DNA of 64,000 bases from Parcubacteria group bacterium Gr01-1014_31 (GTDB taxonomy: Bacteria > Patescibacteriota > Patescibacteriia > Buchananbacterales > GWA2-38-13): contig VMFR01000002.1 of assembly GCA_007376135.1 (NCBI GenBank), positions 92,870 through 156,869 of the forward strand. Reading direction: 5' to 3'. The first letter of the stretch is position 1, and each line of letters starts with the position of its first letter. The translations under genes were made by a program, and so were the position numbers. The notes under the pieces were generated by a model. That model worked only from the letters and a program-made list of their open reading frames with translations, had not been told where the DNA came from and searched no databases. Shown one piece after another: positions 48,081 through 57,054 of the stretch.

Positions 48081-49229
48081 TTACTGCGGGCGATCTTTTT
48101 CCAGCACCACCAGCCGCCGCAAAGCGCACCACCGGCCCACCACGCTCGCGCACGCGTCATCAGCCGCTGACAATGCGGGCACCAAGACCGACGGCACCAA
48201 CGCGGGATAGGAAAACCCGCCGGTCAGCGGGTAGAGCAAACACGCGAGGTACTGGCCGTGGACCAGGTGGAGCTGCGGCAGCTGCGCCAATACCGCCGCG
48301 CGGTACTTGGTGAACAGCAGCGTGGGCAGCGCTTGGTTGGCGTACTCGCCGGGCAGGACAGGGAGGGCCGCCTCTTCGGCCGGCGTGAGCGGGGGCGTGG
48401 CTCCCATCTCCACGGGTTCCGCGTGGGTCAAACGATACACAAGAAATGACCAAGGGGTGATCCATGGTTCCAGCAGCACCAAACGGCCGCCGGGGGAAAG
48501 CACCCGTTGGGCTTCGCGTAGAAAACGCAACGGCCGCCGCAGGTGGTGCAGCATATCGATGCCCACAATGTTGTCAAATGCGCCGTCGTCGAACGGCAAC
48601 GCTTCCGCATCGGCCACCACATCCACCCAAGGGTTGGGGTGCACGTCGGTGGCGACCACGTCCGGCTTGAACGCCTTGAAATTGCCGATCCCGCAACCAA
48701 CCTCCAGCGTCCGGCCGGCAATGAGTTGCCGGGAGATCCGACGGTACCAGCCGGCGTACACCGCCCGGAGCGCCGGTTTACGCCGCCAGATCGCGATGTT
48801 CTCGGCCAGATGGGCAGCCGCGTAAGTGGGATCCTCGCGGGGCGGGGCTACCGTTACAGCAAACTCTCGCGCCTGCCGTTCGTCCTGCGCCAACTGCTCC
48901 CGCAACGCCGCCGAGCTGGGGAATGAACGCGTAGCCCGCAGCCGCCGCTCCACTCGTACGCTCAGCTCTTTCCCCTGCAACGCACCGTCATATCCCAAGA
49001 GATGCACCTCGAAGACCGGCACGGTCTCGCCGAACGTCGCCGCCGGCCCCCAATGCGCGAGCATTAACCGCCAAGGCTGGCTGGACACGCGCGCCCAGCC
49101 GCAATAGACGCCCCACGGCATGTCGGCGAGAGCCTCGGGTTGCCCGAGATTTGCCGTCGGCATCCCAAGACCCTTCCCCCGGCCGCGCCCGGGAACGACG
49201 CGCCCATGAAGTTGAAGTGGCAGCTGCAT
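48081..49229 (-). CDS. Riboflavin kinase domain fused to a class I SAM-dependent methyltransferase
   Basis: GRVVPGRGRGKGLGMPTANL, GVY, EVHLL; then LEVGCGIG, DAEALPF, LHHL, LSPGG. Confidence 0.85.
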   Translation of the reverse strand: MQLPLQLHGRVVPGRGRGKGLGMPTANLGQPEALADMPWGVYCGWARVSSQPWRLMLAHWGPAATFGETVPVFEVHLLGYDGALQGKELSVRVERRLRATRSFPSSAALREQLAQDERQAREFAVTVAPPREDPTYAAAHLAENIAIWRRKPALRAVYAGWYRRISRQLIAGRTLEVGCGIGNFKAFKPDVVATDVHPNPWVDVVADAEALPFDDGAFDNIVGIDMLHHLRRPLRFLREAQRVLSPGGRLVLLEPWITPWSFLVYRLTHAEPVEMGATPPLTPAEEAALPVLPGEYANQALPTLLFTKYRAAVLAQLPQLHLVHGQYLACLLYPLTGGFSYPALVPSVLVPALSAADDACASVVGRWCALRRLVVLEKDRPQ

Positions 49230-49314
49230 ATACTGCACCATTGTAGGGGCCAGTCCTGGTGGTGGCAAGCAAAACCCCCGCTGCGGCGGGGGCGTGGGAG
49301 GAGAACGTCGCGCC

Positions 49315-50460
49315 CTACTGTTTGATCGGCATCACCAAATAGAGGTAATCGGTCCGTCCGCGGGGTTTGAGCACGCACGGGCTGGCGTTGTCGATCAGGT
49401 GCAGCTCCACCTCCTCGGTTTCGATATTCTGCAGGCCGTCGAGCAGGAACCGGTAGTTCAGGACCGTGCGGTTCTCTTGGCCGGTCACCTCGGCGGCAAT
49501 GCGGGAAGTGTTCTCCCCCAGTTGGGCGTTGGCGGCCGACAAGCTGAGCGAGCGCTGGGTAGGCATAACGGCCAGCGCCACGTCATAAATGCCACTCCGT
49601 GAAAAGAGGCTGGTGGTTTTTGTGGCCTTTGTCAGATCCACGGTCGCGGCGCGCGCCGTAGTGGCGTACTGCTTGGGAATGATCTGCTCATAGTCAGGGT
49701 ACTGGCCCTCGATCACCCGCGAGACGATCTCCACCGTCCCAAGCGTGAAGAGCACCTGGTTTTCCGCCACGAACAGCTCAACCCGATCGACGGTCGCCAA
49801 TGCGGCGGGATCTTTGAAACTCGTGAGAATGCGGAGGAGCTCCTGAAGCGCACGAGCGGGAACGATGACCTTCTGCGGCTTGGTCGGCGCGGTCAGCAGC
49901 CGCACCTTTCTCTCCGCCAGGCGATAGCTGTCGGTCGCCGTCAACGTCAATTGGTTGCCGCTGGTGGTCAGGAGCACGCCATTGATCTCCGGCCGAGTCT
50001 CGCTCATGGAAACGGCGAATATCACCTGGGCAATGGCGGCACGGAGGTCGATAACCGAGCAAGACAGGGTGTTGGTGCGCTCCACGGTGGGAATGAGGGG
50101 AAAATCGGCCGCTGCGATTCCCTTCATCTTCATCTCTGAGCTCCCACCCTTCACAACCATTGACCCCCCGTTCTCGCCACTCGCATTCTCCAGCGCGATT
50201 TCCACGCTATCTTTCGGCAAGAGACTGACGTAATCGGCGAAAAGCTTGGATTGCACCGTGAACGACCCCGGGCGCTCGATCTTCCCTCGCACCTGGCAAC
50301 TGACGCCGATCTCTAAATTGGTCGCGGATAGCTTAATGCCGTTCTCTCCCGCTTCGATCAGCACGTTATTCAACACCGGTAGGTTCGTATTCTTGGCCGC
50401 GACGTGGGCGACGGTCATTAAACCCTGGCTTAAATTTTCTTGAGTAACAACGAATTTCAT
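49315..50460 (-). CDS. dnaN: DNA polymerase III beta clamp
   Basis: ATNLE, ATDSYRLA, GQYPDY, LVMPI. Confidence 0.97.
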   Translation of the reverse strand: MKFVVTQENLSQGLMTVAHVAAKNTNLPVLNNVLIEAGENGIKLSATNLEIGVSCQVRGKIERPGSFTVQSKLFADYVSLLPKDSVEIALENASGENGGSMVVKGGSSEMKMKGIAAADFPLIPTVERTNTLSCSVIDLRAAIAQVIFAVSMSETRPEINGVLLTTSGNQLTLTATDSYRLAERKVRLLTAPTKPQKVIVPARALQELLRILTSFKDPAALATVDRVELFVAENQVLFTLGTVEIVSRVIEGQYPDYEQIIPKQYATTARAATVDLTKATKTTSLFSRSGIYDVALAVMPTQRSLSLSAANAQLGENTSRIAAEVTGQENRTVLNYRFLLDGLQNIETEEVELHLIDNASPCVLKPRGRTDYLYLVMPIKQ

Positions 50461-50805
50461 ACGAGGGATAACAGGGGTTTGATAACGGTGATAATTATAT
50501 TGATACTAGGTAGTAATAGTAGTAGGCGGCAGGGATAAGTGGACAAGTGGGAGATTCGACTGTGTGAGTTCGTTTACGGCGAGTTACGATGGGATAAGTC
50601 CGGGATACACGGCGTGGGTTGGCCGTGGATGGATTGGGTATGAATGTCGCGGCGGCGGCTGACGCCGCGTCGGCAGTGCATAGGTCAGTGGACAGTTCCC
50701 AGGTTATCCAACTGAGAGGCGGGGCTTTTACCCCACCTCTTCCCCACGCTGTCCCCGCATCTTCCCCAGTTTCCGGGCCCATGCCGTTGGCACGGCAACG
50801 GCTCG
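50461..50805. other. oriC: oriC unwinding region (AT-rich tract, DnaA-trios, DnaA boxes)
   Basis: AT tract 50491-50505; TAG TAA TAG TAG TAG at 50511-50525; GC spacer; overlapping degenerate boxes 50530-50546; TTATCCAAC at 50704. Confidence 0.85.
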
Positions 50806-52191
50806 TTAACTGGTGATGTTGGTCATGTTGAAGAGCCGCTGGCGGATGACACCGACGTCTTGCTGGAGTTTCTCGTCCACCTGCAGTTCCCGGCTGATCT
50901 TGAGATACGCGTGCATGGCGGTGGTGTGGTCGCGATTGCCGATTTCGGAGCCGATCGCGGGGTAGGAGCACTTGGTCTCCTCCCGCATCAGATACATGAT
51001 GATCTGCCGCGGCAGCGCCAGGTTCTTTTTCCGGCAGCTGCCCATGATATCCTCGGTTTTTAGGTCAAAATATTCGATCACGGCGGAAATGATCTGCCGC
51101 GGCGTGAGGGATTTTCGGGGGCCGTCGCCGCTGAGCGTTCCCAGCATCTTTTTCACCCCTTCCAAGGTGATGGGGCTGCGGTCCAGCTGGTGGAACGCGA
51201 CGATCCGGTTCAGCGCTCCTTCCAACTCGCGGACGTTGTTGGCGACCGACGTCGCTACATAGTGCAGAATTTCCCGCTCCATGGCGAAGGCGCGTTCCCG
51301 GCACTTGGTCTCAAGGATCGCCAGCCGTGTTTCCAGGTCCGGGGTGCCGACGTCGGCGATCATCCCCCATTCAAAGCGCGATACCAGCCGGTGTTCGAGC
51401 GCCGGGATGGCCTTTGGCGGTCGGTCCGAGCTGATGACGATCTGTTTATTATTCTGGTGCAGCGCGTTGAAGGTATGGAAGAACTCTTCTTGCGTGCCTT
51501 CTTTCCCGGCGAGGAACTGGATATCGTCGACCAGGAGGACGTCGACCGAGCGGTAAACGTTCTTGAAGCGCGACGTGACGTTGGAGGAAATAGAGCGGAT
51601 GAAATCGTTGATGAATTTTTCAGAGCTGACGTACAATACTTTGGCGCCCCCCTGCCGGCGCGCCAGATGGTTGCCGACGGCCTGCAGCAGGTGCGTTTTG
51701 CCCAAACCGACGCCGCCGTAGATGAACAATGGGTTATACACGCGACCGGGTTTGTTGCAGACGGCCAAACAGGCGGCATGTGCCAGCTCATTGGCCTTGC
51801 CGATGACGAAATTTTCAAAGGTGTAGCGCTGGTTGAGCCCGAGTTCGTTCGGGGTTGCCTCGCCCCCGTCGTCGGCCGCAGTCGGTGTTGCAACCGTTAC
51901 CGCCGCCGTGATCTCAACGACCGGTGCGGCGGCGCGGGGTCCGGTTTCAACCTTGTAAATAACCTCGCGCACGCGGTTTTCCGAGACTTTTTGCAGGGCG
52001 CGCAAAATGAACGCGTGATATTTCTTTTCAAACCACGCTTTGGTGAACGTATTGGGAACGCCGACAATGACCCGCTCGCCTTCGGCGGAGGCGATGAAGG
52101 TGTTTTTGAACCAGGTCATGAAATTGGCCCGGCTCAAGGTCAACTCCAATTCCCCCAGCGTGGCCTGCCAGAGTTGCTGATGATCGATCAT
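50806..52191 (-). CDS. dnaA: Chromosomal replication initiator
   Basis: YNPLFIYGGVGLGKTHL, DDIQFL, NVRELEG, RDHTT. Confidence 0.98.
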   Translation of the reverse strand: MIDHQQLWQATLGELELTLSRANFMTWFKNTFIASAEGERVIVGVPNTFTKAWFEKKYHAFILRALQKVSENRVREVIYKVETGPRAAAPVVEITAAVTVATPTAADDGGEATPNELGLNQRYTFENFVIGKANELAHAACLAVCNKPGRVYNPLFIYGGVGLGKTHLLQAVGNHLARRQGGAKVLYVSSEKFINDFIRSISSNVTSRFKNVYRSVDVLLVDDIQFLAGKEGTQEEFFHTFNALHQNNKQIVISSDRPPKAIPALEHRLVSRFEWGMIADVGTPDLETRLAILETKCRERAFAMEREILHYVATSVANNVRELEGALNRIVAFHQLDRSPITLEGVKKMLGTLSGDGPRKSLTPRQIISAVIEYFDLKTEDIMGSCRKKNLALPRQIIMYLMREETKCSYPAIGSEIGNRDHTTAMHAYLKISRELQVDEKLQQDVGVIRQRLFNMTNITS

Positions 52192-52370
52192 ACTCAAATG
52201 TGGGACGCGGCGGCTGCCACCAAGGAATGGCGGCAGGCCGGTGAGATGATGGCTGGGGTATCAGCGACGAGTGCCGGCTGACGACAGCCCGTCGCGATAA
52301 AATTTTTTTTTCAGCTCCTGTTTTTTCAACTTGGACACCCGGAACAGTGATTTCTTTTTTGAGCTCCCCC

Positions 52371-52515
52371 ATAGTATACCACGAGGGTTGGCGTGTCAAA
52401 GCTGACATGCCAACTGTGCATTTGTGTACAAGCTGTGGAGTGCATGTGCATATTGTAAATCCGCCCGACATTTGAAGCCGCGATGATTGACGGTTTGCCA
52501 TTCCCCTGCTAGGAT
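52371..52515. promoter_or_regulatory. Divergent dnaA and rpmH promoters with degenerate DnaA boxes between them
   Basis: Minus: TTGACA (52399-52394)-17-TACTAT. Plus: TTGACG (52487)-17-TAGGAT. TGTG-containing 9-mers at about 52415-52452. Confidence 0.7.
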
Positions 52516-52583
52516 AGGTGTACCTTGAGCGCTCGGCGGACCTCCGCCCCGCGCGCAAACGAATTCAATCCTCCTTTTTGCTT

Positions 52584-52721
52584 ATGCCGAAACGGACGTA
52601 CCAACCGAAACGCCGCCGCCGCCAGCGCGTGCACGGATTCCGCCGCCGCATGCGGAGCAGCAATGGCCGCAACGTGCTCAAGCGCCGACGGACCCGGGGG
52701 CGCCATCGCTTGACGGTATAG
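52584..52721 (+). CDS. rpmH: 50S ribosomal protein L34
   Basis: MPKRTYQP...HGFRRRM...GRHRLTV. Confidence 0.96.
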   Translation: MPKRTYQPKRRRRQRVHGFRRRMRSSNGRNVLKRRRTRGRHRLTV

Positions 52722-52757
52722 TTCTGACGGGGCATTCGCCCCGCTGGTGCCGTCGCT

Positions 52758-53102
52758 ATGTTGTCCCAACACTACCGCCTGACGAAGCGTGGAGAGTTGA
52801 TGGCCGTGCTCCGGCACGGCGCTATGGTGCGGGGCGGCGGTTTGACGGTACGCGTCCTGCCGACCGGCCGCCAGGGCAGCCGTTTTGCTTTCGTTGTTTC
52901 CAATAAAGTCTCCAAGCACGCCGTGCAGCGCAACCGTTTGCGTCGGCAGTTGCGAGAGCTGGTGCGTGCCATGCTGCCGGAGGTGGCGGGCGGTTACGAT
53001 GTGGTGGTCACGGTGCAGCCGGGACGTCCGGTGCGTACTACCGTTGCGCTCAAGGATTCACTGGCCATTGCCCTGCGCCGCGTTCGTCTCCTTTCCCTAT
53101 GA
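52758..53102 (+). CDS. rnpA: RNase P protein component
   Basis: RFAFVVSNKVSKHAVQRNRLRR. Confidence 0.93.
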   Translation: MLSQHYRLTKRGELMAVLRHGAMVRGGGLTVRVLPTGRQGSRFAFVVSNKVSKHAVQRNRLRRQLRELVRAMLPEVAGGYDVVVTVQPGRPVRTTVALKDSLAIALRRVRLLSL

Positions 53103-53353
53103 ACCGATTTTCCCGGCGTTTGGCCTCAGCCATGGCTGCGGGTATCCGGCTCTACCAGCGGACGTTTTCCATGGACCACGGATTACTGAGCCGCATCATT
53201 CCCGGCGGACGCTGTCGGTACTGGCCGAGCTGTTCGGAGTACGGACGCCAGGCGTTCCGGCGTTACGGCCTGCGTCGCGGGCTGTTGCTCACATTGTGGC
53301 GCATCGGGCGATGTAATCCCTTCAGCGCCGGCGGCGTTGATCCACTTCCCTAG
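53099..53353 (+). CDS. yidD: Membrane protein insertion efficiency factor
   Basis: CRYWPSCSEY, RCNPFSAGGVDP. Confidence 0.93.
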   Translation: MNRFSRRLASAMAAGIRLYQRTFSMDHGLLSRIIPGGRCRYWPSCSEYGRQAFRRYGLRRGLLLTLWRIGRCNPFSAGGVDPLP

Positions 53354-53430
53354 TTTGTAGGAGTTAGCTTGTGGCTGGTAGGCAATCGTTGCCGGCCCGC
53401 CCTACAAGCTACCAGCTAAAAGCTACAAGC
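53351..53430. repeat. Heptamer-periodic inverted repeat
   Basis: tagtttg taggagt tagcttg tggctgg ... cctacaa gctacca gctaaaa gctacaa. Confidence 0.7.
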
Positions 53431-53446
53431 CTTACCTCCACGCATC

Positions 53447-54193
53447 ATGGGCCAACTCTTCCACACCGTGCTCTACCAGCCGATCTTCAATTTGCTGGTT
53501 ATTTTGTATAACCTCGTCCCCGGCCACGACCTGGGCGTTAGCATCCTCCTGTTGACCGTCCTGCTGAAAGTGCTGCTCTACCCGATCGCGGCGCGGTCCA
53601 TCCGCATCCAGCACCAGATGCAGCGGCTGCAGCCCCAGATCTCTGCCCTGCAGCAGAAATTCAAAGGGCAGAAGGAGCAGCTGTCGCGCGAGCTGATGGA
53701 GTTGTATAAGAAAGAAAAGGTGAACCCGTTCTCGTCGTGCCTACCATTGCTCATCCAGCTCCCGTTCCTCATCGCCGTGTACCGCGTGTTCATCGACGGT
53801 CTGAAACCCGGCCCCGTGGAAGGATTGTATTCGTTCGTTACTAACCCTGGCCCGTTGAATCCCGTGGCGTTCGGCTTTTTGGATCTGGCCGACGCCCGGA
53901 ACTGGGTGCTGGCGATCCTCGCCGGCGGCGCGCAATACTGGCAAGCCAAGATGCTGCAGACGAAAAAACCGCCGGTGCACGGGGCGGGCACCAAGGATGA
54001 AGATATGGCCGCCGCCATGAGCAAGCAGATGGTGTATATGATGCCGGTGATGACCGTGTTCATTAGCGCCAGCCTGCCGGCTGGCCTTGCGCTGTACTGG
54101 CTCGCGACGACCTTGTTGAGCGTCGCCCAGCAGCACCTGATGTTGCGTCCCAAGTCTGCCTTGCCGCCCGCGACCCCGGCTTCTCAGGTTTAG
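53447..54193 (+). CDS. yidC: YidC/Oxa1 membrane protein insertase
   Basis: NPFSSCLPLLIQLP, LPAGLALYW. Confidence 0.95.
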   Translation: MGQLFHTVLYQPIFNLLVILYNLVPGHDLGVSILLLTVLLKVLLYPIAARSIRIQHQMQRLQPQISALQQKFKGQKEQLSRELMELYKKEKVNPFSSCLPLLIQLPFLIAVYRVFIDGLKPGPVEGLYSFVTNPGPLNPVAFGFLDLADARNWVLAILAGGAQYWQAKMLQTKKPPVHGAGTKDEDMAAAMSKQMVYMMPVMTVFISASLPAGLALYWLATTLLSVAQQHLMLRPKSALPPATPASQV

Positions 54194-54204
54194 TATTGGC
54201 CATA

Positions 54205-54236
54205 AAGAAAACACCCGCGGCCGCGGGTGTTTTCTT
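54205..54236. terminator. Bidirectional terminator
   Basis: AAGAAAACACCCGCGG/CCGCGGGTGTTTTCTT palindrome between convergent genes. Confidence 0.8.
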
Positions 54237-54243
54237 TATGGTT

Positions 54244-55011
54244 CTAAAACACCCTGGTTTTCCCGACGATGACCCGCAGTTTACCGGGCAGCACGTCGAC
54301 GGTGACCGGCGTTTTTAGCACGCGCTCGCCATCCGTCAGCACCGTCGTGGATTTCCCGCCGCTGATCTTTATTTGCCGACAGGGCAGGATACTGGGCGTT
54401 GATTGCCGGCGCCGGCGGAACAGCCCGCCGCCGTTCTCGGGCGGTTCGATCACCACTTCGAGCAGCCCGTCGGCGGGGTCGAAGCGGCGGCCGACCGCAT
54501 CTGCGCTCCAACCTTCCGGCGGCAAATTGCGGATGAGGACGGTAAAGCTGCCGGCGTTGGGCTTGACGTGATACCGGCTATCCAGTTCGAAGGATGCCTG
54601 GTTGGATGGCACCCGTAGTCCGGACAGGAAATAGGTGGTGTTTGCGCGGCCGATGTCCAAACGGCTGAGCCGCCGGGCGGCGATGACGTCGCAGGCCGCC
54701 TCGCCGTTCGGGATGCCCAGCGCGGCGGCGATGACGCTGGTGCCGCCCAACGGGATAAAACCGGCCGTGACGTTGTCGTACGGGATGATCTCGTTGACGA
54801 CGCTCAAGAACGTGGCATCGTCGCCGACGGCCACCACGGTCCGTACGCCGCTCGCAACCTCATCGTGGATGAGCTCGCGGAGGTTTTTCAGCGGCGAGAG
54901 CCGGCTGATTTTGCCGCCGATCCCGAGGTCGGTCAAACGGGTTTCCACCCGCACCAGCGCGTGCTGGAATGGTTTGCCCGACAACTGGGCATCGTAAAGA
55001 TATAGGTACAT
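54244..55011 (-). CDS. Diacylglycerol kinase-like protein
   Basis: VAVGDDATF (GGDGT-like), IPLG, LDIG, DGLLEV, DGE. Confidence 0.75.
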   Translation of the reverse strand: MYLYLYDAQLSGKPFQHALVRVETRLTDLGIGGKISRLSPLKNLRELIHDEVASGVRTVVAVGDDATFLSVVNEIIPYDNVTAGFIPLGGTSVIAAALGIPNGEAACDVIAARRLSRLDIGRANTTYFLSGLRVPSNQASFELDSRYHVKPNAGSFTVLIRNLPPEGWSADAVGRRFDPADGLLEVVIEPPENGGGLFRRRRQSTPSILPCRQIKISGGKSTTVLTDGERVLKTPVTVDVLPGKLRVIVGKTRVF

Positions 55012-55038
55012 ACCGCCACCCCGGCGGAGCGTTAAGGC

Positions 55039-55464
55039 CTACGCGGCCAGCTTGGCTTTTGGGAGGGGCGGACGGTTCGGGTCGGGGACGTGTTCGCGGG
55101 GCTTGGGTTCAGTGCGCGCGCGGTGTTCGCCGACCTCGACTTTGCCGTTGATCTGCGCTCCGGCAGCCACCGCCAGGACCTTGGTGCGGATGTCGCCGAA
55201 GATCTTACCGGTGCTGGTGATCTCCAGGGTTTCGCGCACCGTTACGTTACCAACGATCTCGCCGGCGACGAGCGCCGCTCCGGCGCTGACGTTGGCCGTG
55301 ATCTTGGCTTGCTCGCCGATGCGCAGCGACTGCTCGGTGCGCAGCTGTCCGCTGACCGCACCCTCTACCACGACGTCACCGGCGGCCGCAAAATCACCCT
55401 CAACTTTGACCGTTGGGCCGATGATGGTTTCGATCTCGTGTCCGGCATCGTCGCGTTTGAACAT
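55039..55464 (-). CDS. Bactofilin (polymer-forming cytoskeletal protein)
   Basis: ETIIGPTVKVEGD...V.G...I.G beta-helix repeats; start MFKRDD. Confidence 0.9.
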   Translation of the reverse strand: MFKRDDAGHEIETIIGPTVKVEGDFAAAGDVVVEGAVSGQLRTEQSLRIGEQAKITANVSAGAALVAGEIVGNVTVRETLEITSTGKIFGDIRTKVLAVAAGAQINGKVEVGEHRARTEPKPREHVPDPNRPPLPKAKLAA

Positions 55465-55535
55465 AAAAATGGTGAAAATTATGAACGCACGATGAATGTA
55501 CCATGCCCTCCCGAGGGCCAGCAAGGGGAATGCCA

Positions 55536-55564
55536 TTGACAGCAAAAACGTTTTCGCGTATGCT
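55536..55564 (+). promoter_or_regulatory. rpsT promoter
   Basis: TTGACA-17-TATGCT. Confidence 0.75.
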
Positions 55565-55587
55565 GTCGACTATTCTTACCGCCTCTG

Positions 55588-55687
55588 CCCGGTAGGACAA
55601 CGGGCTGGCGAGGTAGAGGTATAAACCCGACTGAGAATTATAGCGTCGTACCGCGAAGATTACACATTTGACCGTTGTCCTACCGGG
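55588..55687. mobile_element. Inverted-repeat element family A, copy 2 (100 bp), at the rpsT start codon
   Basis: TCTG|CCCGGTAGGACAACGG...CCGTTGTCCTACCGGG|TATG; perfect 16-bp arms. Confidence 0.75.
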
Positions 55688-55688
55688 T

Positions 55689-55955
55689 ATGCCGATCAAA
55701 CATTCCGCCGTCCGTGATTTGCGGGTCAGCCGCAAGCGTGCCAGCGCCAACCTAAAGGTTCGCGAGAACCTGCGCTTTTTGCTGCGCCGGTGCCGTCAGC
55801 AGTTCGTCGCCAAGGATGCCGCCAAGGCAACGGCCGCCGTGGCCGCCGCGGTGTCGGCCTTTGACCGCGCTGCCCGTGCCGGTATCGTCAAGGCTGGCCA
55901 CGCCGCGCGGCACAAATCGCGTCTGATGTTGCGGCTCAACCGGCTCGGACGCTAG
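55689..55955 (+). CDS. rpsT: 30S ribosomal protein S20
   Basis: MPIKHSA...DRAARAGIV...AARHKSRL. Confidence 0.9.
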   Translation: MPIKHSAVRDLRVSRKRASANLKVRENLRFLLRRCRQQFVAKDAAKATAAVAAAVSAFDRAARAGIVKAGHAARHKSRLMLRLNRLGR

Positions 55956-56017
55956 CGGCCGTTTCACCCGCGACCTGCCTCACCCCCGTTTCCCGGGGGT
56001 GTTTTAGTATTCCTGGT

Positions 56018-56986
56018 TCATCGCGCCGCCGTCGTGAGCCAGAGCGTTAGGAGCGCCGAGCCGTTCGCCCGGCTGCTTTTGGATGCGCGGTCCAGCGTGA
56101 GCAGCGCTCGGTAGCGGGTTTCCAGTTCCGCCAGCGTGAAGTTGGTGACCTGGCCGAGCGTTTTTTTGGCGACGAACGGATGCAGCCGCAGGGCGTCGGC
56201 CATCGCCCAGGAAGTCCCCTGGTTGGGGTGGTCGGAAATCCACGCCTTGGCCAGCAGCAGGTTGCGGCAGTGCCAGGTGATCTTGGCGACCAGTTCCGGG
56301 GTGCTGACGCCGGCACGCTGCTGCTCCTGTAGCAGCCGCAGCGCTTCCGTCGTGCGCCGTTGGCCGATGGCATCCGTCAGCGCAAAGACGTTTTCCTCCA
56401 CGTCGCTCGATGCCAGCTCCTGCACATCGGGAATTGTTGCCGCGCGGCCGTGGCAGTAGGCGGAAAGTTTGGCCAATTCCCCATCCGCCCGCCACAGGTC
56501 GTTGTTGGCGCAGTCCATGAGCCGCTCCATCGCCCCCGGCGCGAATTGCGCGCCATGATGCTTGGCGCGCGTTCGGTACCAGGCGGCAAGCGGCATCCCT
56601 TGGAGGGGTTCGAACTGTTCCGCGTACGGGCTTTCTCGCAGGAATGACAGCAATGCCCCTCCTTTGCGCGTGGCGGGCAGCTCCCCTTCCCAGAAGACGG
56701 CGACGGCCGTCGCTGCCGCCGGGCGCTGCACCAGTTCCAGCACCTGTTTTTCTACCGCTGCCGTGGGTTTGCCGCCGAAAAATTCTTCGACCATGACCAG
56801 GCGTTTGGGGGCGAGGAACGGAGCGGCCAACAGCGCCTGTTCCAAATCCTCGACCTTCAGCCGCTTGCCGTCCAAGGCCGCGGTGTTATAGCCGGTCTTG
56901 TCGACTTCGCGCCGGAAACGTTCCTTGATCTGGCGGAGTTTGCCGCGGCTGCGGAAGGTGTCCGCGCCGTGGAGAAAGATGACCAT
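56018..56986 (-). CDS. holA: DNA polymerase III delta subunit
   Basis: MVIFLHGADTF, PFLAPKRLV, ELAKL, VFALTDA, HPFV. Confidence 0.9.
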   Translation of the reverse strand: MVIFLHGADTFRSRGKLRQIKERFRREVDKTGYNTAALDGKRLKVEDLEQALLAAPFLAPKRLVMVEEFFGGKPTAAVEKQVLELVQRPAAATAVAVFWEGELPATRKGGALLSFLRESPYAEQFEPLQGMPLAAWYRTRAKHHGAQFAPGAMERLMDCANNDLWRADGELAKLSAYCHGRAATIPDVQELASSDVEENVFALTDAIGQRRTTEALRLLQEQQRAGVSTPELVAKITWHCRNLLLAKAWISDHPNQGTSWAMADALRLHPFVAKKTLGQVTNFTLAELETRYRALLTLDRASKSSRANGSALLTLWLTTAAR

Positions 56987-57054
56987 AGAACGGCGAAGCA
57001 AGAATCGAGAATCAGGAATCAAGGGTATGGTTGCATCGGTCGGACTCGTACTCC

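Noticed and set aside
50495-50971. ORF ending in AYYYYYLVSI
   Set aside because: The poly-Tyr run is the antisense reading of the DnaA-trio repeats in oriC.
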